From: Schmidtea polychroa
Lineage: Eukaryota
Assembly (NCBI GenBank): GCA_044892525.1
Contig: CM097885.1
Span: 27,902,001-27,966,000 of the forward strand
Direction of reading: 5' to 3'
DNA: 64,000 bases
Position numbers and translations under genes: made by a program. Positions 22,387-43,458 of the stretch are shown in pieces (position 1 is the stretch's first letter; each line of letters starts with the position of its first letter). Below the pieces are notes generated by a model, which ran no database searches, was not told the origin of the DNA, and saw only the letters and a list, made by a program, of their open reading frames with translations.

Positions 22387-23089
22387 GAAGAATTTGTTAT
22401 TGGGTTTTGAGGCACTTTGTTTTCTCTGAATCAATTGTGAAATATTTAGTTTGTGTTGTTTATTTATGTTCTGTGTAACATTGTTTTGTTAATGGGTTAC
22501 ATTTATTGATTGAATGGTGATTTGTCCCCAAATATGCCGTGCTAGAAGTGCTGCCGAATCACTGGAAATTGATTTGAGATTTATTTTGAAATAAATATAT
22601 TTTATCTCATTTTTTGTAGGGATTCCCCGAATTACACATTATTTTATTCTGTCGAATACTTAATCACATACATGAAATTCCGTTAAATGTGAAGCTTCGG
22701 TCCAATAGAAATTTGCTTGGTATGGCCAGTAGTAGCAACAGTAACTCACAATTTGGGACCATCATTTACATTATAATTTTTAATTTAATGTCATTTCAAA
22801 TATTAAATGGTCAGAGTAGTGATTGTCTTGAAATTGAAATCATACAAAAGTGCAAAGACTTGAGCAATATTGGTTACTTTAATTAAAATTGTTGGATTTA
22901 ATTTTCCTGGTAATTTTATGAAATCAATGCCAATGGAATGTGTGAATAAACTAGATATTAAGTTTTATAGAGAATATATACTATAATATACTATAATATA
23001 TTATAATGGCGTAATATTTATTTATTTTTTATTTATTTATCAAAATTATGTAATATAAATTAATTATTGAAAATCATAGTATTGTCGAG

Positions 23090-23530
23090 GTTCGACGAGA
23101 CAGGCACAAAAGCAAGGCAAAAATCAATAAAAACATTAAATTTAAGTTAATAATTTTAATTACAAAAAAATCAAAAAAATTAAAAATGAATATTTTCCGG
23201 GGTAAACTGCTATGGGCGGATACCGAACATTGAAACGAGTTCAAATATAATAAAAATAAAGTCAATGGGGTCCCTAGAAGGAAAAAATTACAAAACACTA
23301 AACTTAATTAAAAAATTAATTAGCTAATAGAAAAATCAACCTAATGGAAAACCCATGCAATGTGCGAGGACCCAAGTAGTCAATCAAATTAGGTAAAGGC
23401 AATCGGATTAGCGGACGAGTAATTAAATTACGGAAAAATATCAAAAATGATTAAATTGCCAAAACCAATTATGTAGGTAAAAACCCCGGGAAAATTATCC
23501 AAAAGTAATTTGATAAGGAGATAATAAAAT
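23090..23530. repeat. Older dispersed repeat interrupted by giant LTR copy A (resumes after 28934); inverted homolog at ~37990-38500
   Basis: For example AATATTTTCCGGGGTAAACTGCTATGGGCGG (~23190) matches the reverse complement of CCGCCCATACCAGTTTGCCCCAGAAAATATT (~38387). Confidence 0.6.
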
Positions 23531-23924
23531 TGGTGGGTTACAGGTGGTCGAATGATTAAGTGCTGCTACCAGCGTAACCCAACATGCAACATTGTTTTTC
23601 CGCTTGGTACCCGTTGAGTGATCAACGTTGGTAATGTACCAAGGGTTGAGTACCCGCAAAAAGTGAGCGCATCAACGCACTATAATTGTCGAGTACTCCA
23701 CGGGTTCACGGACTACCGTTAGAAGGTTTGTGTCCGATTTCCTCAGGTCCCCTATTCGAAATTGTTTTCCCAACTCTCAACACCTCGATTTTCAGTCACT
23801 CAACGTTTGCAAACAACATACTTCATCCATTAATTTAACTAAATTTGTATTTCGACATTAGCATTAAACAACCAAAGAAAAAACTCAATATATCTAGCAC
23901 AGGTGACTGTTCACATCGCGGGAA

Positions 23925-24313
23925 TTACATTGGTGTAGGTTTTTCTTGTCGCTCATACTCGGCTAACCTAGCCTTCTTTAACTTCTCCCGGATGTTCCGT
24001 CCTAACCGCTTTCTTTTGGGTTTCTCTTTCGCGGCCGGAGGGTATATTGCTGCTAGTTCCACAGTCAACGGCCGGATTTGGCTTATGGCGGCTCCGTGAA
24101 CTACTTGTTCATTTCGCTCGGTTTCTAACGCGCGGAGCTGGAGCTTCAGTTGAAGGACCTGCGCCACCTTCTTTTTCATATCCTCGGGACTAAACCAGGT
24201 GCTTTCTAGTTCCCGGCACCGTCCCTTGAGCTTGTCTACTCGTATGCGGAGCTCCTCGGCCTGTTTTTGGGCTTCTTCCCTGTCCTTTCGCAAATTTTCA
24301 AGTAGTTTGAACA
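23925..24313 (-). CDS. LTR ORF2 exon (copy A): coiled-coil protein with basic NLS-like tail
   Basis: LLENLRKDREEAQKQAEELR..LQLRALETE..IRPLTVELAAIYPP..KPKRKRLGRNIREKLKK. Conserved in B and C; begins at a conserved phase-1 splice acceptor. Confidence 0.7.
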
Positions 24314-24530
24314 CTAGATAAAAATTCAATGATTCATTCTTGCAGCATAACGCTCATCCCATTATATAATAAGATCAATATTATAAATAAACATAGTTTC
24401 AGATATTAAGCACGCAATTCATAAGATAATTTATTGAAAGGAATAAAATAATTCGTCACTAAAATTAAAGTTTAATTAAGTCGTAACTGATGATAATTGC
24501 AAAAAGAAATTTGACGATGAGTCAGGTCGG

Positions 24531-24887
24531 TCACTTGCGAGGCCTTCCCCTCTTCCGCGGGGTTATCTCGGCCTCTTCTAGGTCCTCTACGGTTTTCCCT
24601 TCCTTGTTTGCCCGGATTTGTAAGTCGATTTTCCTCAATCGCATCTGGGCTGCTTCTACCTCGATGGCCGCTCGGTCGCGGGCCTCTTGCAAAAAATCGT
24701 TTGTGGGCTCTGTTTTTACCCACACTGGGGCGTCCGGTTCCGGCCCACTCCTGATTACTGGGCCCCAGTTGTCGAGGTCCAAGCCCCGGTTCCAATCATG
24801 GATACGGTACCATATGTACCGTGTCCGGAGTCGTGTAAGCATCTGTCGGTCGGCTTCTTCGTTACTACCACTGTCAGAATAGGACAT
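24531..24887 (-). CDS. LTR ORF1 (copy A): 118-aa protein with C-terminal AT-hook
   Basis: TRLRTRYIWYRIHDWNRGLDLD, VKTEP (SUMO consensus) and PRKRGRPRK (AT-hook). The ATG sits 2 nt after a TTTGTAG acceptor. Confidence 0.75.
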   Translation of the reverse strand: MSYSDSGSNEEADRQMLTRLRTRYIWYRIHDWNRGLDLDNWGPVIRSGPEPDAPVWVKTEPTNDFLQEARDRAAIEVEAAQMRLRKIDLQIRANKEGKTVEDLEEAEITPRKRGRPRK

Positions 24888-25175
24888 TTCTACAAAAGAA
24901 CAATCAAGCCACTTTATACTGGTTGTAATACGACGTTAAACACAGGATTTTGTTGACCCTTTTTCCCTTTAAGAATTTGAAAATAAAAAGAAATATTTTA
25001 TTTTAAGACTAACATTTATAATCCTAGGAACAATAGAACGAAATTTCATATTTTGTCTACTAATAACCAAAAAAAAAATTTATCCACAATCCTCTTGTTT
25101 TAATTAGCTATTTTTCTCTAAATTTGTATTTATCACTAAGTGATCATTTAAATTATATTTTATGTATTTTAATTT

Positions 25176-25691
25176 AAATATTATAACGAATTAGAAATTT
25201 CAGGGTTTAAATCTTTTGCCACTAAATTCGGGTACGCTGAGGCGACAGGTATTAACAACGAGCTTAGCTTCTCGTCTGCTTGCCTTTCCTTCGGTTGTAC
25301 TCGTCATGAGTGGTATAGTCCGCTTTGATTTGCTTGTAAGTAGTTTAATTTTTTAACCATAGTTTTTCGATTTTAGAGATATTTGGTGGGAATCTTTCAC
25401 TCGGATGGTCATACAGAGTCATATAAAATTCCATTAAGGCTTTGAACAACCGGTCATTCCATCCGAGTGAAAGATTCCCACCAAATATCTCTAAAATCGA
25501 AAAACTATGGTTAAAAAATTAAACTACTTACAAGCAAATCAAAGCGGACTATACCACTCATGACGAGTACAACCGAAGGAAAGGCAAGCAGACGAGAAGC
25601 TAAGCTCGTTGTTAATACCTGTCGCCTCAGCGTACCCGAATTTAGTGGCAAAAGATTTAAACCCTGAAATTTCTAATTCGTTATAATATTT
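25176..25691. repeat. Near-perfect inverted repeat, ~233-bp arms with a 50-bp spacer
   Basis: 25176-25408 is the reverse complement of 25459-25691. Confidence 0.9.
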
Positions 25692-26346
25692 GATTTGTAT
25701 TTAGTGGTGTTAGAAGTTTTGTTGAATAATTTTAATTTAGCCTGTTCTTTGGCTAATCGCTTTTGATTTTTGTAAAATAAATTTTTGTCAGTTATCGATA
25801 ATTCATGCGACTGATTCCGTGTAGTTCCACGGTTGGTATCGACTGTCCCAATGTATTCCTAGTCCTCAATGAATTGATTTAGGTTAATGGAGGTTTTACC
25901 TGACTTTTAATTTCTGGGGCCGCTAAGTTAACTAAGATATATTCGTCACTGATGAGCCTGGGTTAAATTAACTTATTAGATACGTATAGTTACCTACATT
26001 TACACATGTCTATATATGCGCACCTACCCATGTTATTATTGTATTAATAGTCCTAGCATTTTCTCCGAGGGGGGGTTACTAAAAATAGATTTCTGGAATT
26101 ATGGTCATTTTTATTGGAGTAAAGGGGTAGGTTCTAAATTTAGTCGTGGGGGAAATCCTAAATCGATAATTCAATCAAATTTTGATTTTTGGAAATTAAT
26201 AATGAAATAATAGTAATAACAATAATGGTGATAATCATAATGTTGATAAGAATAACACTAGGAAGAATGATCATAGCAATAATTATGATAATAATAAAAA
26301 TGATAATAATAATAATAATAAATAAATCGTAATAATAATAATAATG

Positions 26347-26436
<90 letters not shown>

Positions 26437-28279
26437 CTGATCATACTGGTACTAATAATAATAGTAATAATAATAATAGTACTAATAATAATAATAATAA
26501 TACCAATAATAATAATAATAATAGTAATAGTAGTAATAATAATAATAATAATATAGTAATAATAATAACATTCATAATACTAGGGGTAATGAGAATAATA
26601 GTAATAACGATGGTAATATCAGCAATAATAACAATAATATTAGGGTTGATAATAATAATACTAGTAGTATAGTTTTATATGGTACAATTCGAAGTTTATA
26701 TTTCCCATTTTAGAGGTTCCTATTCTATGATTTAGGAAGTTACTTTTGTAATTTACAAATTTCTGTTTCTAATTTAAAATTTTCTAATTTCCAATTTATA
26801 AATTTATAATTTGTAATTATATATATTATAGTCTGTAATTTAATAATTTATGACTTTATATTTTATATTTTATAATTTTATATTTTACAATTTATAATTT
26901 TATATTTCGTAATTTATAAATTTATATTTTATAATTGCCAATTTTACATTTTATAATTTATAGTTTTTTAATTTTTTTTCAATTCCTAAGTTTATATTCT
27001 ATAAATTCTAATTCTATATTTTATAATTTATAATATTTATGAGTTTGTACTTTGAAATTTTTCGTTTCTATTTCTACAATTTGTCACTTTATTACTTCAC
27101 CACTCGTCATTTCAGAATTCAGGGTTTATAATTTTATATTCGACTCGTGTACTTCTTTACGAGTACCCCTTCTTTATCAACATTGTCTTCCGAAATTGTT
27201 TGCAGCATTCCTTGGTACTATTAGGTTATAATTTCAGAATATTGACGAATATACAGTCTATACATAACTAGTTCTAAGTTAATTGATCCTTATGCTAAAA
27301 TTTATCTACTACTATCCCCATCTAAAATTGGTTATCAAGACTTCTCCATTACCAATTTATAGTTTCAGGGTCGGTATGCTTTATATCTGAAATCTTATAA
27401 TTATCTACAACTTGCATTTTGATTATAATTAGTAAATTTTATAATAAGTACTTATATCTTTATAAATTTTTAAGATGGCGTTTGTAATTTAGTCGGTTAG
27501 ATTTGTAATATCTATAGGTAGACTGAATTTATTCCCATAGTAATTAATCTCGAAGTCCCAACTAGATGAAGTTATACCTACACTTATGCCGGACACTATA
27601 TCAATTCTATTACTTTGAGTTACTATAAATTCCTATTACCAAAATCGGATTCGGCATATGTTTAAGTACAACTGGAATTGCTATTATTGATCAACCGACT
27701 TCATTAAGGTGATTGTAGAATTGTGTAAGATTAGGTATGAGTTCTACTCAGATTAAGACCTTATTGTAGAGATATTTGACATGGATTTTTAATGTTGATT
27801 TTAAATTTGTATTACGTGCAAGGTCGGGAAGAATATTGCTTCCATGGCCCCACTGTGACCACTTCCACAAACCTTAGTGTTAAGTTTTGAGTCAACCATT
27901 TACGGTCGACCTTACATAAATACAAAGAGTCAGGCGGAGGGTTTCCTCGACCTAACTCCATGGCAGGACCATGAAGTAGTTCGACCTCCGAACTGACCCG
28001 AACAAAAAGAGTGTTATAGATAATCATAATGCATGTGTGCATGAGAAATCGAATTTAAAATTATATGCAGGACCGATCAGAGACGTACTCGGACGCCGCT
28101 GATCCGTCGAGAATTACTAAACATAAAATCTTAAAAATATTTTTAATAGATAAAAGGTCGATATTAATATAATTACATAACATAAAATTACAACAAATCA
28201 AAAGGCTTACTAATGATTCTCCAAAAAAATTTTTCAGCAAAATATTGGCATAAAGATTGATTTATGACCGAAACGTGTC

Positions 28280-28325
28280 GGTATATATACCTATTTTGTA
28301 CACGTGTATGTATTGATGCATTAAA
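28280..28325. promoter_or_regulatory. Palindromic TATA-like box plus ATTAAA in the giant LTR (also 61782-61838)
   Basis: GGTATATATACC is identical in copies A and C, followed by GATGCATTAAAACAAA and a T-rich tract. Confidence 0.5.
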
Positions 28326-30506
28326 ACAAACTCGAATTCTTTTTATTCCAGAATTTTCTATTTTACGATTTTGCTATTTTTAATGGCAATTTTTGTGCCA
28401 TAATTTTTGTTTTTATTTTTATATTTTTATTTTTTAATTATTTTTCATTAATTTTACGTCCATGATGGATTTGGAACGGTTCCAGAACATTCTATTTTAC
28501 TTTTAATTTAATTTTTATTCTAACTGATGTTTTATGAATTTCTCTCTAAGATTTATTATTTTTAATACTAATTTATTTATTTTCTCTAACTTTTATGGCT
28601 TTTGTGATGGTCATCGCCATTTTAATGGAATGTTCTGGGTTTTTCTGGAATTTGTTACTGTTTTTTCCATCTTTTAAGTTATTCGAGTTTGCTTTTTGTA
28701 ATTCTATGTTTATTTGGTTATTTTTGAGTTAGATTTTGCATCACTTCTTGCTTTTGTATAATTTTATTTAATTTCTGTGTTTTAGGTTTTTGTTGTTTTT
28801 CCTTTAATTACTATTGTTTATTTGATGTAATTTTAATATTTAACTATACTTTGGGCTTTTTTACTTGCTGTGTACCTACACATTTCAGTCAATTAGTATT
28901 TTGGGTCTAGAAATCAGTTCTAGCCCAACAAAATTACGAGACGGATATAAAAGCGACTGGCAAGTAAGCAGATTCGCCAGCATTTCGAAGTAAAATAAGT
29001 GATAGTATAGCAAAAGGGAGCAAAAGCAAATTTAACATAGTGCTATCCAAATCATTTTGAATCCAGCCTACCAGAAAGAGACATCTCTCGTTGGAATATT
29101 TGTCCCTGTGCAAGATTCAGGTTGGAATTGAAAAGTGTGCAGAGTAAAATGAGTTATTTAAAGTTTTGTAAACGGAGATTGTTTCATTAAAGTGTGTAAT
29201 AAAAGAAAAGTGTAATTGTGATAACTTCGAATAAATATTATTGTGTTTGGTTGTTAGATTCACCTAATATAAGGACACCAAGGAGTCAGATAGTGACACC
29301 GACTTGCGCAAAATAACCAACTAATCTGATTACTCTGATAAAAATTCTTTTCTTTCTCTCGTAATCTCTTTTCTCACTTTAACTCATTGTTCTATCTTTC
29401 TGTCTATGATTGTATAATTTGTTTAATTTGTTGATTACAATGAGCTGAAAATCTGTAGGTAAATTTAATTAACTTGACAGACTGACGTTTAACCTTGTTA
29501 GAAACCCCCAATCGATTTTATATTGTTATATTCGTCATTTCATTTCCCATTCACTCATATTCCTTTCCACCGAATAATATTAATTTTTAAAATTTTTAAT
29601 TAATTTTTTCAGTTTAATTATTAATTTTGAATTTTGTTAAATTATGCTTTCACTATTTTGCATATAGATTTCCCTCAATCCAGTCAACCCCACCAATAAA
29701 AATTTTCAATTCAATTCACTAAATATAAAGTATTTGGATTATGGAAAAGTAATGAATAGACACAGAATTATATGCAAAAAATTAAAATATAAAATTTAAT
29801 CTAAAAGATCTCAAAAAAAATTGATGTTTAAAATTAATTATAAATTATAAAATAATTAAAAATTAATATTTTTGATGGAAACGGTGTGGCAGATACCAAA
29901 AGAAGAGTTGAATTATATTAAATAATAATATTAAATCGGTCATGGGTTCCTATTGAATGATATTTAAGAAATAAAAATAAAAAAATAATAATAAACACAA
30001 ATCAATTTATTAAAAAACAAAATTCTTGATCCTGACAATCATGGTGTCAACCTGTAACACTATTTTATCAGACTTTTTTTGGATCCTCGTGGTTCCTCTA
30101 AAAACCAGCAAAATCAGTATTGAATTAAATGCACAACTTTAAAAAATATCATCACGAGTTATTGAACAATCATCAGTAATTTTACTTCTTATTGTCTTTC
30201 CTCACTCAATAGACAATTTTTCCTCCAAAATTCTTCCTCTCGTTGCCTCCTTTTACTATATATCTTTTTGCAAATTATTTTCACTGTGAATTCTGATTGA
30301 CTTTTATGATGACTTTCAAAAAATGTCAAAATTTCAAAATTTTAACTTAAAAACTAAGCCTGGTGCTATATCAAATATAACTGTCATCACATCAAAGATC
30401 ATTCGATGTGCTATGCATATCATATTGACATTTGGTTCAGATAGCAGTCGACGTGTATAGGGCAAGTGTTCAATTATATTTTAAGTTTATTTAAAATATA
30501 ATATTA

Positions 30507-30714
30507 AAGGGTTATTCAAGTCTGTATGTACTTTTATTCCAATATATGTACTGCTATGCAAATATTAATGTACATATTTAAAATTATGTTCCCGCGTAAA
30601 AATAATAATTCCAAATATTTTTATTAAAGTTTGATTTTTTAACTGTCAATGTAGCTTTTATTTACACATACATAAAGATTTGAGTAAAAGTACATATAAA
30701 CTGGAATAACCCTG
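30507..30714. mobile_element. Tc1/mariner-type MITE
   Basis: TA-flanked ~30-bp TIRs AGGGTTATTCAAGTCTGTATGTACTTTTA / TAAAAGTACATATAAACTGGAATAACCCTG. Confidence 0.65.
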
Positions 30715-31512
30715 TAAATACAAAAAGGTCATTTTTAATACAATATAAATAATTATAGATGAAATAACCTACTTTGAAATAATTAATTAAAAAAATTTTA
30801 AATTAAATTGATAAATTTAAACTCAAAAAAATATTTTTAATGAAGAAAATATAACCGTTTTAAAAAAAAACCAACTGAATAAATTTTAACAGCGATTTCT
30901 GCAAGAAACCTGAAACAAATTCCATAGAAAATATCACAAAACGACAATTTCCCCTTCAAATTTCTCCATCACAAAAATTGCATCTCAAAGGGGGGAAAAT
31001 TGAAATTGTTTGAATTGGTTATTTTAGGATCAAAATAGAATTTTTCTGAGATTCTGCTTCCAACGTTCTGTGTGTTTTTATGTTTTTGTATGTATGCGCG
31101 CGCGTGTGTGTGTGTCTGCACATGTTGCACTTTATATATTCGACATCAGCCGATCATATGGATTGTATTTTCTGTGAAATAGTTCCACTTCTCTGGGAAA
31201 AATACACACACACACAATCGGATCCAATAGTGATGTGCAAAATTATTGATTTTGTAATTTTTTTTTAATTGGAAACACAGAAGAGTGCAAACGACATGCC
31301 GAAATTATGTCCTTCCGATGGAATATACAGAATCACAATATAAACAAATGTAAAAGAAAATCACTTCAATTTTGGTTCGTTTCGAGTTTCGAAAATTTAT
31401 CGATTATATTTCCCGTTAATGTTCAAATTTTAAAAAAGAAAATTGATTTGTGATTTTTTATTTCCTGAAATTTCTGCAATCTTTCTCGACCTCACCATTC
31501 GAATAAAGAAAA

Positions 31513-41100
<9,588 letters not shown>

Positions 41101-41559
41101 TAACAATCTATTATTTTATTACTAACATTATTTTTATATACATCTACGGCGATCTTCTTAATTTCATATTTTTGTTTCGTTGAAGAAGCTTCGGTGTAAA
41201 ATAGTTTAAATGCACTTCTGGGCTCTGCCCGTTCTTTGACATGTTGGAATTAGAATAAGTTGAAACTGAAGCTTTTTGCTGCTCATTTAAAATGAATTTT
41301 TTTCAAGATTTAATAAGATTTGTTCATGAAAAATGGCTTATTTTTGGAAAATTAGTTTCAATAATTAGATGGCTGATAAATGATTTTATTCTGTGTTTAA
41401 TTGTATTTTATTTTTGGCTTTCTATTCAAATATTATGTATCATTTCGCTGTTTGTACAATCTATCAAACTCGTTTAATTGAAATATATTTTTGTTGAAAT
41501 TTTGTTTTTAGTAGGACAATACACAACCAATGCACTTGGAAAAGAAAATTAAAGAACTG

Positions 41560-42520
41560 ATAAAGAAAGTAATAAAGACTAATGTTATCCGGCGATCTAG
41601 GAGTCCGTTAAATGCTCTACTAGTAATAATAGGAAAGATAGGAAAGATTAAAGTAATTTTATTCCCAGGCATTGCTCTAATCTTTTAGAACAGATGATCA
41701 TGGATGTAGCTTATATGGAAATAAATACAATAAAAAATATATAGTGGTTGAGGTGGATTGGTGTTATAATTACGTAGTTTGAGTGTAATCACGAAACAGG
41801 ACGAAGAAACAATCTTTTAGACACGACTTAACAACTGGATGTACAGATTTGTGGCTATAATAAACTTCTCGGGGGCACATAAATAAATAAATTAATTAAT
41901 AATTAAATAATTAAAAAATTAAATAATTAAATATATAATTAAATAATTAATTAATTAATAATTAAATAAATAAATAATTAATTAAATAATTAATTAAATA
42001 AATAAATAATAATTCAATAATACACCGATCAAAACTATATATTAATAAAAAAAATAGTTTTTCTGTACAAAAAAAATATCATTTACAAAAGTTTGCATAT
42101 ATAAAACTCATTTAAAAAAATTAAAATCATTTAATTTATTAATTAATTAATTAATTTATTTATTTATGTACCCCCGAAAAGTTTACTATAGCCCATATTT
42201 GGTAAACCAAAATGCACAATAACAGACTGAGGCCAGAACTTTGAATAGAATTTCTTAAAGAAATACTTAATAAACTTGTTATCACCTTACCATCACCAGC
42301 GAAACAGTAAACGATTTCATAACAGCTATATTGGCAGGTGAGTGTTAAGAGAAAAACTAGCAGGAATTCATACCAATAATAGAATTCTTAATTATAATCT
42401 AAGTGGACCTTAAGGGGAGATTAAAGCCGCATAGTTTTCTATAGAAATTTTCACCTTTTTGCTGAATTTGAGGAGACAAACAGAGTGACTAATTTATAAG
42501 AAATTTTGTACAGGTATAAA
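41560..42520 (+). pseudogene. Decayed Ty3/gypsy integrase fragment split by a MITE
   Basis: Removing the MITE gives NNWMYRF-GKPKCTITD*GQNFE, an integrase core pattern. Confidence 0.5.
41853..42194. mobile_element. AT-rich MITE
   Basis: TIRs GGCTATAATAAACTTCTCGGGGGCACATAAAT / ATTTATGTACCCCCGAAAAGTTTACTATAGCC. Confidence 0.7.
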
Positions 42521-43458
42521 TTTTAAAAGTGTAAAAAACCTGACTGTGACTGACTAATAACGTGGGTAAGAAGAAAAACATAAAATCTCTCGCCGCGAAT
42601 AAACAAATTAAACTTCCGGTGACTGTGAGCAAAAATAAATCTTGACTATCATTATTTTAGAGAAATCAAATAAAAATTAAAACTTCAAAAACTGCACTTT
42701 TTTCTTGAAAAATTGTAAAATATTGTAAAAATGGAAAGACGGGAGATTTACATCTCCCGGGTCATAGTTAACCGGGAGACCGGAGACGAAAGCCGATTTT
42801 GGGAGACTCCCGGCGAAAAACGGGAGAGTTGGCAAGCCTAGTGTTTACATTTACTTTTTGAAAAAGTGAATACTTCTTCCTAAAGTATGCCTCAAAACGA
42901 ACAATTTTCCATGAAACCTGTTAATGTTATGCAAAACTATTAGGTTCACGCTGTTCTACATAAAATTTTATATTAGAACAACTTACTTATGACTTATTAG
43001 GGTAAAACACAATTCCTGGCTAATTCAAGGAAGACAGTATTTGTTTTGAGAAATAGCACATTTATCTGTAAATAATAAAGGCATTCAAGGTCACTTGTCA
43101 CTAATAATAGGTCATTTTCACCAAGTTGCTGACTTCACTAAACAGCATAATTTTGACGCAATGATTCATGGTCATGTACCTTGGAAAAAATGTAATAATT
43201 ATAATTTTGATAAAATTTTAATTTTTTACGCTTCAAACTCCCCTAGGGATTACACAAATTTTCACAATTCTATTTCAAACCAGAATGATTCCTTTTCCTT
43301 TTCGAAGCTTTCACTTATTTCTTTTTCGGAAAAAGCCTTTATAATATGATTAAAATTAGAAAGTGAACAAAGGTGTCTCTGTAGTGATTTTCTAAAATGT
43401 AATTAAATTGGTTAATCAAATTGTATGATAAATGTAAATCAATCAGTTAATTAATATC

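Larger units (their letters stand above)
23531..28930. mobile_element. Giant solo-LTR-like element, copy A (5.4 kb), encoding two ORFs
   Basis: Termini TGGTGGG...CCCAACA with 4-bp TSD AAAT (23527-23530 / 28931-28934). Collinear with copies B and C. Confidence 0.8.

Noticed and set aside
23043..23050. Alternative left end of copy A (AAATTA|TG with a 6-bp TSD)
   Set aside because: Homology with copy C starts at TGGTGGG, where both copies show 4-bp TSDs. 23090-23530 belongs to a different repeat.
24472..24956. Overlapping alternate-frame and antisense ORFs over ORF1 (also near 47230 and 53426)
   Set aside because: By-products of the locally high GC content; starts and stops are not conserved among copies.
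25950..25975. CTGATGAG as a hammerhead core
   Set aside because: No stem II or GAAA follows, and it is not conserved in copy B.
42737..42840. GGGAGA-rich segment ending GTTGGCAAGCCTA, resembling a hAT end
   Set aside because: No partner TIR or TSD found.
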